A DNA stretch of 39,766 nucleotides from a virus: the IMG/VR virus record IMGVR_UViG_3300045988_126628. The stretch is one strand, 5' to 3'. The position numbers were made by a program, and so were the translations under genes. The stretch's first letter is position 1; each line of letters opens with the position of its first letter. The notes beneath the pieces are model-generated. The model saw nothing but the letters and a program-made list of their open reading frames with translations, did no database searches and was not told where the DNA came from. Below, piece after piece: positions 24,427-31,978 of this stretch.

Positions 24427-25497
24427 TTATACGCAAAGTTTATCAAGTTCCCCATTTGTGATAGCGGTAACGGTGAAGATTTCGCCCAATGGGTCCCAAT
24501 CGGTACCATTCCAAGCCACATTCATGCCCGCGCCGCCATACTCACTGGCCGCCTCGATGTTATACACATCCCCGACACGCTGCCCAGTCGTCGGTAACTT
24601 GGCTGTGCCTGTCACAGAACCACAATATTTATACATATTAGTGATTTCGGATTTCTTAGCATATGTACCCTCAAGAGTGGAGTTTGACGGCAGGGCACTC
24701 AATTTACTTTTGTCTGCTGCTGTCATTACACCTGCTAGTGAGGTCGTCGCCGCTGGTAGTGTAAGTGTGTTTGTACTACCCGAACCGAAAGTGTAAGTTA
24801 CCGAAACCGTATCGGCAGTAGGATTGTTAGCTAAACTCAGGCTGTGCCACTTTCCGTCTGCCGCAAGTACCATTCCTTGCTGACCTCGTGTCGGTTTAGG
24901 TACTAACCCATGTGCACCATCGGCTGTGCTTGATGCACCGGTAAAGTCGCTGTAAGTAGTATTATTATCAGCACCCCAAACCGCGGTACCGTCTGCGGAC
25001 CATCTTAAAATTTGACCGGACGAACCTCCAGCCGGAATGTGTTTATAACCCGAACCGGTTGGGTGAGTGTACTTAGTGTCGGTATTTGGTGGAACCTGCC
25101 ATGTACCATCAGAACGCAAATATCTGTTCGCTTCTCCCGCGGCTGGTGCAGGTGCTAAACCGTGAGTACCTGCTGTGTCTGTGGTCGCGCCTTTCATGTC
25201 GTCATAGGTGCTATTTGTAGGTGTTCCCCATGTTCCATCTGCTTTTAAGTATTTACCTTCGTTACCCTTAGTCGGTGCCGGTACTAAACCATTCCCGCCG
25301 TCTGCGGATGCCGTTGCACCCTTAAAGTCACTATAGGTTGTGTTTGTGTCCTGTGTCTGAACTGTACCTGTCGTTCCGTCGCCTTTCGTAAACGTAATCG
25401 TTTGGCCACTTACTGACAGGTTGGTGATTCCTTTGTTAAAAAGAGATTTAATCTTTCCCCACAAATAGGTAACCCCATTGTTATCTAAATAACTCAT
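24427..25497 (-). CDS. Tail-fibre-like repeat protein
   Basis: ATG 25497 follows GAGGTG. Three ~42-aa repeats (TYSDFKGA..G.GLVPAP..G...L..DGTW) and a SLAGVMTAADKSKL motif. Confidence 0.65.
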   Translation of the reverse strand: MSYLDNNGVTYLWGKIKSLFNKGITNLSVSGQTITFTKGDGTTGTVQTQDTNTTYSDFKGATASADGGNGLVPAPTKGNEGKYLKADGTWGTPTNSTYDDMKGATTDTAGTHGLAPAPAAGEANRYLRSDGTWQVPPNTDTKYTHPTGSGYKHIPAGGSSGQILRWSADGTAVWGADNNTTYSDFTGASSTADGAHGLVPKPTRGQQGMVLAADGKWHSLSLANNPTADTVSVTYTFGSGSTNTLTLPAATTSLAGVMTAADKSKLSALPSNSTLEGTYAKKSEITNMYKYCGSVTGTAKLPTTGQRVGDVYNIEAASEYGGAGMNVAWNGTDWDPLGEIFTVTAITNGELDKLCV

Positions 25498-25588
25498 ATT
25501 TTTCACCTCATTTTTATGTACATATCTCATCTATTTCGGAAGTTGAAACAGATTCTATTTGTTCAGGATTAATCGGTACCGTTCCGTC

Positions 25589-26086
25589 TCATTTGCATAT
25601 CTCATCAAGTTCTAAGTTTGTAATAGACTCAACCGCCTCTTGTTCGGTCCACATTGTACCGTCTGATTTTATACCGACATTTGCGCCACCCTTAACAACT
25701 CCTAGTGAAATATCAGTGGCAATGGGTACGCCGGTTTTGTTTTCCGCAACTACCTGAATCAATTCATAACTGAAATTGCTTTTTTGCGATAGAAACAAGT
25801 TTCCGTCAACTTTTGCAATCTTGGTTATCTGAAAATAGTCCCCGGTGTGGGTATTGTCCACAATCCGAAATTGCAGGCTCCCAGTTCCCACATAGTAGGC
25901 GGTGCCAATCTCACATACAAAGAGACTCCCGGTTATCTGTATCTGTTCGCTTTCAATTTCAAGCCTCGGATTTAGTGAAGTATCGGCGCGTATCTCAATA
26001 AAAACACGATTTTCCCCGTTATCGACGGTACTTACTAAATCACATATACAATTTTTTGTTGCGTCAATAACAATCGTATTTTTCAT
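25589..26086 (-). CDS. Hypothetical fibre-cassette protein
   Basis: 165 aa. The C-terminal ITNLELDEIC motif is shared with the 24427-25497 product (ITNGELDKLC). Confidence 0.5.
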   Translation of the reverse strand: MKNTIVIDATKNCICDLVSTVDNGENRVFIEIRADTSLNPRLEIESEQIQITGSLFVCEIGTAYYVGTGSLQFRIVDNTHTGDYFQITKIAKVDGNLFLSQKSNFSYELIQVVAENKTGVPIATDISLGVVKGGANVGIKSDGTMWTEQEAVESITNLELDEICK

Positions 26087-26108
26087 GAGACTTTAACACT
26101 TTCTTTCA

Positions 26109-26465
26109 CTATAATTTTTCAAGAATAACTCTTACATCTAGCGTAGTCGCAGTTAGTGACGCGTCGCCGACAATTTTTGCTTTTAGGTAAGCTATATTGA
26201 GCCCTACCCGAACACTTAGTAAAACGTGGTCGTTTTCCAGTTCACTCGACGGCCACCAATACCAGTAGTTATTCTGTGATGGGAGTTTATACATAACAGA
26301 TTTTACGTAATAACTAGTGTCAGATTCTGGGATTAGCTGACTCTGTGTAATCAGTTCTTTTGTGATTCTCACACCCGAAAATAAAACATCCACAGTGTCA
26401 GATTTTGGGATAACTTCTCTACGGCATTTATTTGTTCCACAAATGCCATATACTTTTTCACTCAT
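26109..26465 (-). CDS. Hypothetical protein (first gene of the fibre-like cassette)
   Basis: 118 aa with a strong RBS AAAGGAGG. Confidence 0.5.
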   Translation of the reverse strand: MSEKVYGICGTNKCRREVIPKSDTVDVLFSGVRITKELITQSQLIPESDTSYYVKSVMYKLPSQNNYWYWWPSSELENDHVLLSVRVGLNIAYLKAKIVGDASLTATTLDVRVILEKL

Positions 26466-26580
26466 TCGGTTACCTCCTTTCTTATTTTCAAATTTTCCAA
26501 TTTTTCAAATCCAAAAATCTCATTTTTACCTTTTTCGTGAAAGATACCCCCTTCCCGACAGTACTTCTCATGAAGTTTTT

Positions 26581-27294
26581 TCAGCCGATACGGGGGGCAT
26601 ATCGTTTCCACCAGTCGAGAATAAATCCCGTCCATCGCCCGATGTCCCGACCATTATCACATTCTGATAACCGTCTGAGACATTCTTCTTTTGACGTATC
26701 AATAAATATCTCACGCGCCCGTAATTCTTTGCACAATCTCTCACGTTCGCTTATGAGCGGATACCCACCGATTACATAAGCATTATACCATTTACCTCTG
26801 CGATACTTTACGCACTCAATCAGATAATCCCGAACACCGAACACACAGGTATTTAATACCGCAGGTTTTACATAACGGTCGCATCCGCTTACTGCCTGCC
26901 ATATTGAATCCATATCAACGATTAGATCGCCCTCAGTCTTAACGTCGTTAACCCACGTTGTCTTTCCTGATAACGGTGAACCATACACAAGATAAACTTG
27001 CCTTACATCCTCACCATAGTAAAACTTTTTATGTATCCTGTTGTGGCATTTGTGATGTACCAGCATGATATTATCAGGATTTAAACTTATCTCAGCATCA
27101 TTGACGTTTATCTCGGTCAGCTCTATTTTATGGTGTCCAATACAGTCATACGCTCTAGTGATTGGTTCCCCACACTCCTCACATATCACATCACCATCAC
27201 TATTGACTCGTTCTAATCTAATCGTACGAATCAGGTTGACCCATGCTTTTGATTTATAAAATGTATTCAATGTGTATCCCATTGTCTTTACCAC
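26581..27294 (-). CDS. HNH endonuclease fused to a P-loop NTPase/kinase-like domain
   Basis: CEECGEPI...GHHKIE...N...VHHKCHNRIH (HNH), then LVYGSPLSGKTTW (Walker A) and LIVDMD (Walker B-like). The start is GTG 27294 or ATG 27282. Confidence 0.7.
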   Translation of the reverse strand: MVKTMGYTLNTFYKSKAWVNLIRTIRLERVNSDGDVICEECGEPITRAYDCIGHHKIELTEINVNDAEISLNPDNIMLVHHKCHNRIHKKFYYGEDVRQVYLVYGSPLSGKTTWVNDVKTEGDLIVDMDSIWQAVSGCDRYVKPAVLNTCVFGVRDYLIECVKYRRGKWYNAYVIGGYPLISERERLCKELRAREIFIDTSKEECLRRLSECDNGRDIGRWTGFILDWWKRYAPRIG

Positions 27295-27815
27295 TCACTG
27301 TTTTCTATCTGTCTTTCTCTTAGTTCTAACTCTTTCTTCCGAATATCTAACATCTGCGGATCATTCGCCCAGTTTTCCTTATCGTAGTTCTTAAGGGCCA
27401 GATTGAGAGCTGCTACGTCTGGATGTGCGTGTTTATGTGCTACTTCTGTCTTCACTATCTGAACGTTTTCTATCTGTTCTTTACCAAAACCTGCATCGGC
27501 TAACGCTTCACGCATTTCTTCTGATAGTTTAATTTGTTCTGTCGTTTGTTTTGTTTCAACATAATCGTAACCGTTCGCTCTCCTTATCAGAGATGAACGT
27601 AATTCTGCAACAAGATTCTGCCGGCCTTTTTTAATTGCTTCCCTTAATTCCGAATAATCAAGTTTGTATTGATTAAACGTGCTGTATGCAATACCTAGCT
27701 TCTCAGCAATCTGACGCTCCGTCATGGTCCTGCACCATTCAGAAATTAGTGTCAGATAAGGTTTCACATATTCATCATACTTACGTGGTTTCCCTCGTTT
27801 TCTTTTCTGTGCCAC
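27288..27815 (-). CDS. Terminase-small-subunit-like HTH protein
   Basis: 175 aa. Basic N-terminus KRKRGKPRKY, HTH MTERQIAEKLGIAYSTFNQY, and C-terminal PDVAALNLALKNYDKENW typical of TerS families. Confidence 0.5.
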   Translation of the reverse strand: MAQKRKRGKPRKYDEYVKPYLTLISEWCRTMTERQIAEKLGIAYSTFNQYKLDYSELREAIKKGRQNLVAELRSSLIRRANGYDYVETKQTTEQIKLSEEMREALADAGFGKEQIENVQIVKTEVAHKHAHPDVAALNLALKNYDKENWANDPQMLDIRKKELELRERQIENSEW

Positions 27816-27830
27816 ATAATCACCTGCAAA

Positions 27831-28574
27831 CTATTCTAAAAGTTTATTTACAATCTTCTGAATCGCTGCATAGTTATAACCTGCAGCTTCCAGACGTCTC
27901 TTTCTTTCGATTCCGTTGCTCCATTTACCAGCTATTACCTCCTTTGCGATAGCTGTGTTGCTCTTCATATCCGATGGTGTCATAAACCACTCTTCATTCT
28001 TTCCCTGTCCGGTAATTCGATTAAGATCTAAGCTTTTTCCTATGCCAGGACATGTGCCCGCATCCGTAAACTGATGCAACTCTACACCTCTATGGCACGG
28101 ATATTTTGCACTATATACACCATCATTTCTGCCATAACGTGCTTCCCACCATGCAGTATTTTTACCTCGCCCTGCTACGACGGTTTTATAACTGGCATAA
28201 TCTGCATACATGTGGTAGAGCATTACTTTGTACTTTAACCCTTCAAGATATTTCAAGGCATCCCGGACGTTTCCTGCTTTGTTTCCTGCTTCCACATCAA
28301 GAACATATCCAACAAAATATTTTCCTACGAGCTTTTTGCAAGTGCGTACTAAAAACTTCGCCTGTGCCAGTTCACTGCCTTTATCAAGGTATGCATACAG
28401 CCAATATGGAATCTTTCTGTCTTCACAGTTTTTAATAAAACTCTTAAGTGTGCTGTCAACATAATTCGTTCCCTGTGTTGCCTTTGAAATTAAAAAAGGA
28501 CATTTTTCTTTCACTTCATTCCAGTTCCGCACTGGCTCATAATGGCTAATGTCCGGATAGTATTTTTTACTCAT
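27831..28574 (-). CDS. Endolysin: GH25 muramidase plus a Cpl-7-like wall-binding repeat
   Basis: PDISHYEP...ISKATQGTNYVDS (GH25-like). C-terminal GKWSNGIERKRRLEAAGYNYAAIQKIVN (CW_7-like). Confidence 0.75.
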   Translation of the reverse strand: MSKKYYPDISHYEPVRNWNEVKEKCPFLISKATQGTNYVDSTLKSFIKNCEDRKIPYWLYAYLDKGSELAQAKFLVRTCKKLVGKYFVGYVLDVEAGNKAGNVRDALKYLEGLKYKVMLYHMYADYASYKTVVAGRGKNTAWWEARYGRNDGVYSAKYPCHRGVELHQFTDAGTCPGIGKSLDLNRITGQGKNEEWFMTPSDMKSNTAIAKEVIAGKWSNGIERKRRLEAAGYNYAAIQKIVNKLLE

Positions 28575-28806
28575 GATTTACCTCCTCCCGTATGTCGTCT
28601 TTTATTTCATCAATATTGTGCCAGACGCTTTTTAAATCCCGTTCCAGAATAGCAGTCCGTTCTATAACAGAATTATGTTTTTCTACTTTCTTTTCCAGCT
28701 GTTCAATGCGGTAATTTGATAATTTTGTGCTTGTCAGTATACCGGCAAATGTTCCGCACAGCGTACCGCTTAACGAAAGTAAGCCCACAATCACTTCATT
28801 TGTCAT
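28567..28806 (-). CDS. Small membrane/coiled-coil lysis-cassette protein (XhlA-like or holin accessory)
   Basis: 79 aa with an N-terminal TM segment followed by a heptad-rich region. Lies between the holin and the endolysin. Confidence 0.5.
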   Translation of the reverse strand: MTNEVIVGLLSLSGTLCGTFAGILTSTKLSNYRIEQLEKKVEKHNSVIERTAILERDLKSVWHNIDEIKDDIREEVNHE

Positions 28807-29027
28807 GCTTTCACCTCTGGAATGCCTGCAACACTGGTCAGTAGTGATACCGCTCCAGCTAATATGGATGTACTTAAAACCACTTTCCAGTCAACCGCTC
28901 CAATTGTCACTCCGGCTGGAATCAGTGCAAGCGCGGTCTGCGCTGTTGTGCGTATCGCTCTAACACCTGCGGCTTTCACCCATTTTCTTGTATCTACGCT
29001 CACTTTGAACACGCAATTTTTAAACAT
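28803..29027 (-). CDS. Holin
   Basis: 74 aa, two TM segments, RAIRTTAQTAL motif typical of Firmicute phage holins. Confidence 0.65.
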   Translation of the reverse strand: MFKNCVFKVSVDTRKWVKAAGVRAIRTTAQTALALIPAGVTIGAVDWKVVLSTSILAGAVSLLTSVAGIPEVKA

Positions 29028-29089
29028 TCTTTTTCACTCCTCATCAAAAGTTAACTCCGTTATATCTAAAATTCACATAAACAGCGATG

Positions 29090-29695
29090 CTATTTCTTTC
29101 TTACTGTTACATAACCGGCGGCTTTTACTGCTGTCTTGAACCAATTTGTCTGTTCTGCCGTTTTTGCATTGCCCCTTAAGGCTTTGTTTCTTACCTGATT
29201 TCTTATGTTACTTTTAACCACACGTCCATTATCAACAACAACTAGCCGGCCTTTTTTGTCATAACCCACAAATGCTACTGTATGAATAGGATTGCGCTGT
29301 TCAAATAAAACAATACAATTATCATTAAGCGCTGCTTTAATCCTTTTAACAACAACACTATTATTTTTTCCAGTGATCGGGTGCCATGTTGCGTGCCGAT
29401 AATGGCAAATACTATTAATTACTTTCATAGTTCCGTAAATCGTCAGTTTGCTGCCTGTATAGCCACGGATATTCTTTTTTGCCCAGTTATAAATTTCTTC
29501 CGGGTTCCAAATCGTTCCGTCTTTCTGTCTCACTCTTAAAAACTGCAAGGCGATGCATACACCATTTCGTAAAGAACATCCATGTGCTTTTTCAAATGTT
29601 CCCCAGATATACGGTTTTGGAATCAAAATCTTAGTACCATCATTTAGCGCGAGCCGAGTCGTGTACCTTTTATTTTTTATTGATATTTTTTTCAT
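29090..29695 (-). CDS. Putative papain/C39-like cysteine peptidase (first gene of the lysis cassette)
   Basis: 201 aa with a candidate Cys (HGCSLRNGVC) and the HTVAFVGYD...VVVDNG pattern. RBS GGAGGGGG. Assignment is tentative. Confidence 0.4.
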   Translation of the reverse strand: MKKISIKNKRYTTRLALNDGTKILIPKPYIWGTFEKAHGCSLRNGVCIALQFLRVRQKDGTIWNPEEIYNWAKKNIRGYTGSKLTIYGTMKVINSICHYRHATWHPITGKNNSVVVKRIKAALNDNCIVLFEQRNPIHTVAFVGYDKKGRLVVVDNGRVVKSNIRNQVRNKALRGNAKTAEQTNWFKTAVKAAGYVTVRKK

Positions 29696-29855
29696 GTACC
29701 CACCCCCTCCGGGTAAAAAATTAAAACACGTATGTCAGCGCCTTATCAGACAACCGATTGTTGCCTGCAGAAAGGAGGTCGCATAAAAAATAAACTACAA
29801 CTATGGACTTGCAGGCGCTGTACATTGTGTCGTTAAATTACAAAATTGCATGTGA

Positions 29856-29885
29856 AAAAGCGCCCTGCATATACAAGGCGCTTTT
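29856..29885. terminator. Candidate bidirectional terminator separating the early region from the lysis/late genes
   Basis: AAAAGCGCC/GGCGCTTTT, 9-bp stem with a 12-nt loop. Confidence 0.4.
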
Positions 29886-30038
29886 CCTAAGGCAAATATC
29901 TCACTTAAAGATGAACATTGGAGCAACATCCTATTGGATTTCTGACAGCTCGATTGCTTTGTTCTTATCTCACTTTACAATTTAGCATACTTCAAGCGAA
30001 CGTGACCGAACATTTTTTAATTTATTTTAGGGTTTTTA

Positions 30039-30067
30039 TTGATTTCCACGTTAAAACGTGGTATAAT
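30039..30067 (+). promoter_or_regulatory. Strong promoter TTGATT, 17 nt, TGgTATAAT with an embedded 7-bp inverted-repeat operator
   Basis: -35 at 30039-30044 and -10 at 30062-30067. The inverted repeat CCACGTT-aa-AACGTGG (30046-30061) fills the spacer. Confidence 0.7.
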
Positions 30068-30097
30068 ATAATTACATTAAAAGAAAGGGGGTAAAAG

Positions 30098-30184
30098 ATG
30101 TTTGATAAATTTATAGACAACCTCATAAAGGGTTTAACCATTGTTAGTCTGGTTCTCACAATAATAGACAAAACAAAGCGCTAA
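30098..30184 (+). CDS. 28-aa hydrophobic peptide (not in the ORF track)
   Basis: MFDKFIDNLIKGLTIVSLVLTIIDKTKR. Excellent RBS AAGAAAGGGGG 7 nt upstream. A hairpin follows at 30194-30217. Confidence 0.5.
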   Translation: MFDKFIDNLIKGLTIVSLVLTIIDKTKR

Positions 30185-30265
30185 ACCCATCGGGGAAGAG
30201 AGAAATCCCCTCTCTTCCTTGTCCAGTCTATGAGGTATTTATATTTTATCACATCGTGAGAGATT

Positions 30266-30418
30266 ATGAAATATATAAAAGAATTTTTCATTGTCATTAT
30301 TGCTATATGTGTGCTGATATATTCATATAGCAAATATCATCGTTTTTTTGCCGCGGATTGGATTATTCTCATTCTGCTCCTCATTCTTTTTATTATTTTT
30401 CTCAAAAACAGGAGGTAG
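30266..30418 (+). CDS. 50-aa two-TM membrane peptide (not in the ORF track)
   Basis: MKYIKEFFIVIIAICVLIYSYSKYHRFFAADWIILILLLILFIIFLKNRR. Its stop overlaps the RBS (AGGAGG) of the downstream XRE gene. Its own RBS is weak. Confidence 0.45.
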   Translation: MKYIKEFFIVIIAICVLIYSYSKYHRFFAADWIILILLLILFIIFLKNRR

Positions 30419-30423
30419 GGCTG

Positions 30424-30600
30424 ATGAAACTAAAAGAAATACGTAATAAAAATAATTTCTCCATTCGAGAATTATCTGAACTTAGTAATGTTCCCAGAAG
30501 AACTATTGAAGATATAGAACGCAAGGGTGAATGTAAGATTTCTACCGCGATCAAATTAGCGGACGCTCTTAAAGTAACGCTTGATGAATTATGCCGTTAG
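30424..30600 (+). CDS. 58-aa XRE-family HTH protein
   Basis: MKLKEIRNKNNFSIRELSELSNVPRRTIEDIERKG... ATG 30424 lies 6 nt after AGGAGG. The ORF-track TTG start at 30358 is unlikely. Confidence 0.75.
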   Translation: MKLKEIRNKNNFSIRELSELSNVPRRTIEDIERKGECKISTAIKLADALKVTLDELCR

Positions 30601-30606
30601 CTTTCT

Positions 30607-31083
30607 TCAGAGGGACGTTTTGCGTCCCTCTGTCTCTTCAAAAAATCTATTTCCTTTCATTCGGCAGCTATTTTCTGTATATGTTCTTTTTGTTCTTGAA
30701 AACATTTCATTCATCTGATGAGCTACCTGGTTCCATGTCAATCCTTCAACATAACGCATTCGGAACATGATGCGAATCTCACTTTTTTTGATAGATTCTA
30801 TATATTCTTCTGCTTGATTGGTAATTTCAAGAAGCTCTTCCTCTTTCATTTTTAGTCGCTCTCTTCTGCTTATTAGTAGCCTTTTTACCTTTGCGTACTC
30901 CGGGACTGGGAAGCCTTCAACTTTAAAATGTTGCGTGCCTCCTGCGCCTCCGGAAACTACATCTCTCGTTCTTTCTTTTTCCTCCATCTTCGCTATTTTC
31001 TCTTCTGTTGTCTTTATGAGTCTCTTCAATTTTTTTATCTCCACTTGCATGTCACAATACTCAATCAGGACTGACTTTTCCAA
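30607..31083 (-). CDS. Putative late-gene activator (DUF1492/RinA-ArpU-class, with a sigma-70 region-4-like HTH)
   Basis: 158 aa. N-terminal coiled coil and C-terminal IRIMFRMRYVEGLTWNQVAHQMN. Last early gene before the lysis/packaging genes. TTG start after GAAAGGGGG. Confidence 0.55.
   Translation of the reverse strand: MEKSVLIEYCDMQVEIKKLKRLIKTTEEKIAKMEEKERTRDVVSGGAGGTQHFKVEGFPVPEYAKVKRLLISRRERLKMKEEELLEITNQAEEYIESIKKSEIRIMFRMRYVEGLTWNQVAHQMNEMFSRTKRTYTENSCRMKGNRFFEETEGRKTSL
30608..30632. terminator. Hairpin terminator shared by convergent genes
   Basis: CAGAGGGACG/CGTCCCTCTG, 10-bp stem with a 5-nt loop. It overlaps the last codons of the minus-strand gene. Confidence 0.55.
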
Positions 31084-31170
31084 CCAAATTGCCCCCTTTC
31101 CTGTTATCTGTGAATTTCACCTGTTTCTAAATCTCTTAACTTGATTCTGCCGAACACTTCAAATCCTCGT

Positions 31171-31449
31171 TTATTTGCAACCGCTCTCGCTTTCCAGCAT
31201 CCCTGCTTTAATTAGATCATATATAACGTCTAAGCAGTCTCGCTTATCCCGGTATCTACAATTTGCCTCTTTATGTATCCGCGGATCTGCTTCGTCCCAC
31301 TTAAAAATATCAAAGCATACGTCACTTACAAATAGCATTACGCAGCCATGCGCTACGCAAAGATAATAGCATTCTTCGTACTGTTTGCCTTTACATCGCT
31401 TAAAACCGTATTTTTCAAATTCTGCTGCCGCTACTGTCGGTTTTAGCAT
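31171..31449 (-). CDS. Hypothetical early protein
   Basis: 92 aa ORF in the operon. No recognisable motif. Confidence 0.5.
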   Translation of the reverse strand: MLKPTVAAAEFEKYGFKRCKGKQYEECYYLCVAHGCVMLFVSDVCFDIFKWDEADPRIHKEANCRYRDKRDCLDVIYDLIKAGMLESESGCK

Positions 31450-31757
31450 TCTCCTCTCTCCTTACAATACTTCTCCTGATAGTCCTCAAATCTTTCCAGG
31501 TCCATTTCTTCCCGTTCCGGATTAAATGTTATATGTAAAAATGTTTCACAATCCGGGCAGGTGCCATTTCCAACATTAATCCCCATCTCCATGAAAACAC
31601 TCTTGCAAATCCACATTACCTTGCCGCACGTTGGGCATATTCCTTTATATCTCTTTGCTTTTTCTATTTTCTCAGTATGTAAATTACAAATCCCGTATAA
31701 ATCAGCATTACTATAAATACTGTTGCTTCCGCTATGCTCATAACTCCCCCCCCTCAA
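31443..31757 (-). CDS. Zinc-ribbon protein. Probably the C-terminal part of a larger gene interrupted at a G8 tract.
   Basis: CPTCGKV...CPDCETF. It has only a TTG start with no RBS. It becomes in frame with the upstream ORF if the G8 run were G7. Confidence 0.45.
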   Translation of the reverse strand: MRGGSYEHSGSNSIYSNADLYGICNLHTEKIEKAKRYKGICPTCGKVMWICKSVFMEMGINVGNGTCPDCETFLHITFNPEREEMDLERFEDYQEKYCKERGEC

Positions 31758-31965
31758 GCTGCTTTAACATTTCATTAGTAAGCAATGCACACGCACCAAT
31801 TTCTTCTATGTGTACGTCTTCCCAGCTGCATTCTGCACAGCTGGGAATCGGGCTGATTCCGGCTTTCTTACAAACTTCAAGGTCTTTTATCATTTTCTCC
31901 GTAACGTGTAATCTTACTTCGACATGTGCTGATGGCCAAAATTTAATTGTTTTTGCTTTTTCCAT
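31738..31965 (-). CDS. Hypothetical Cys-containing early protein (upstream part of the G8-split pair)
   Basis: ATG 31965 lies 8 nt after AGGAG. Ends ...LEGGEL* just after the G8 tract. Confidence 0.55.
   Translation of the reverse strand: MEKAKTIKFWPSAHVEVRLHVTEKMIKDLEVCKKAGISPIPSCAECSWEDVHIEEIGACALLTNEMLKQLEGGEL
31746..31753 (-). repeat. G8 homopolymer (C8 on the + strand) at the junction of two ORFs
   Basis: Read directly: taactCCCCCCCCtcaag. Confidence 0.9.
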
Positions 31966-31978
31966 TTTGTTTCTCCTC

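Noticed and set aside
23828-26465. Possibility that the fibre cassette is a diversity-generating retroelement target or an invertible (shufflon/Gin-type) segment
   Set aside because: No reverse transcriptase, template repeat, serine invertase or flanking inverted repeats were found. All four genes are co-oriented.
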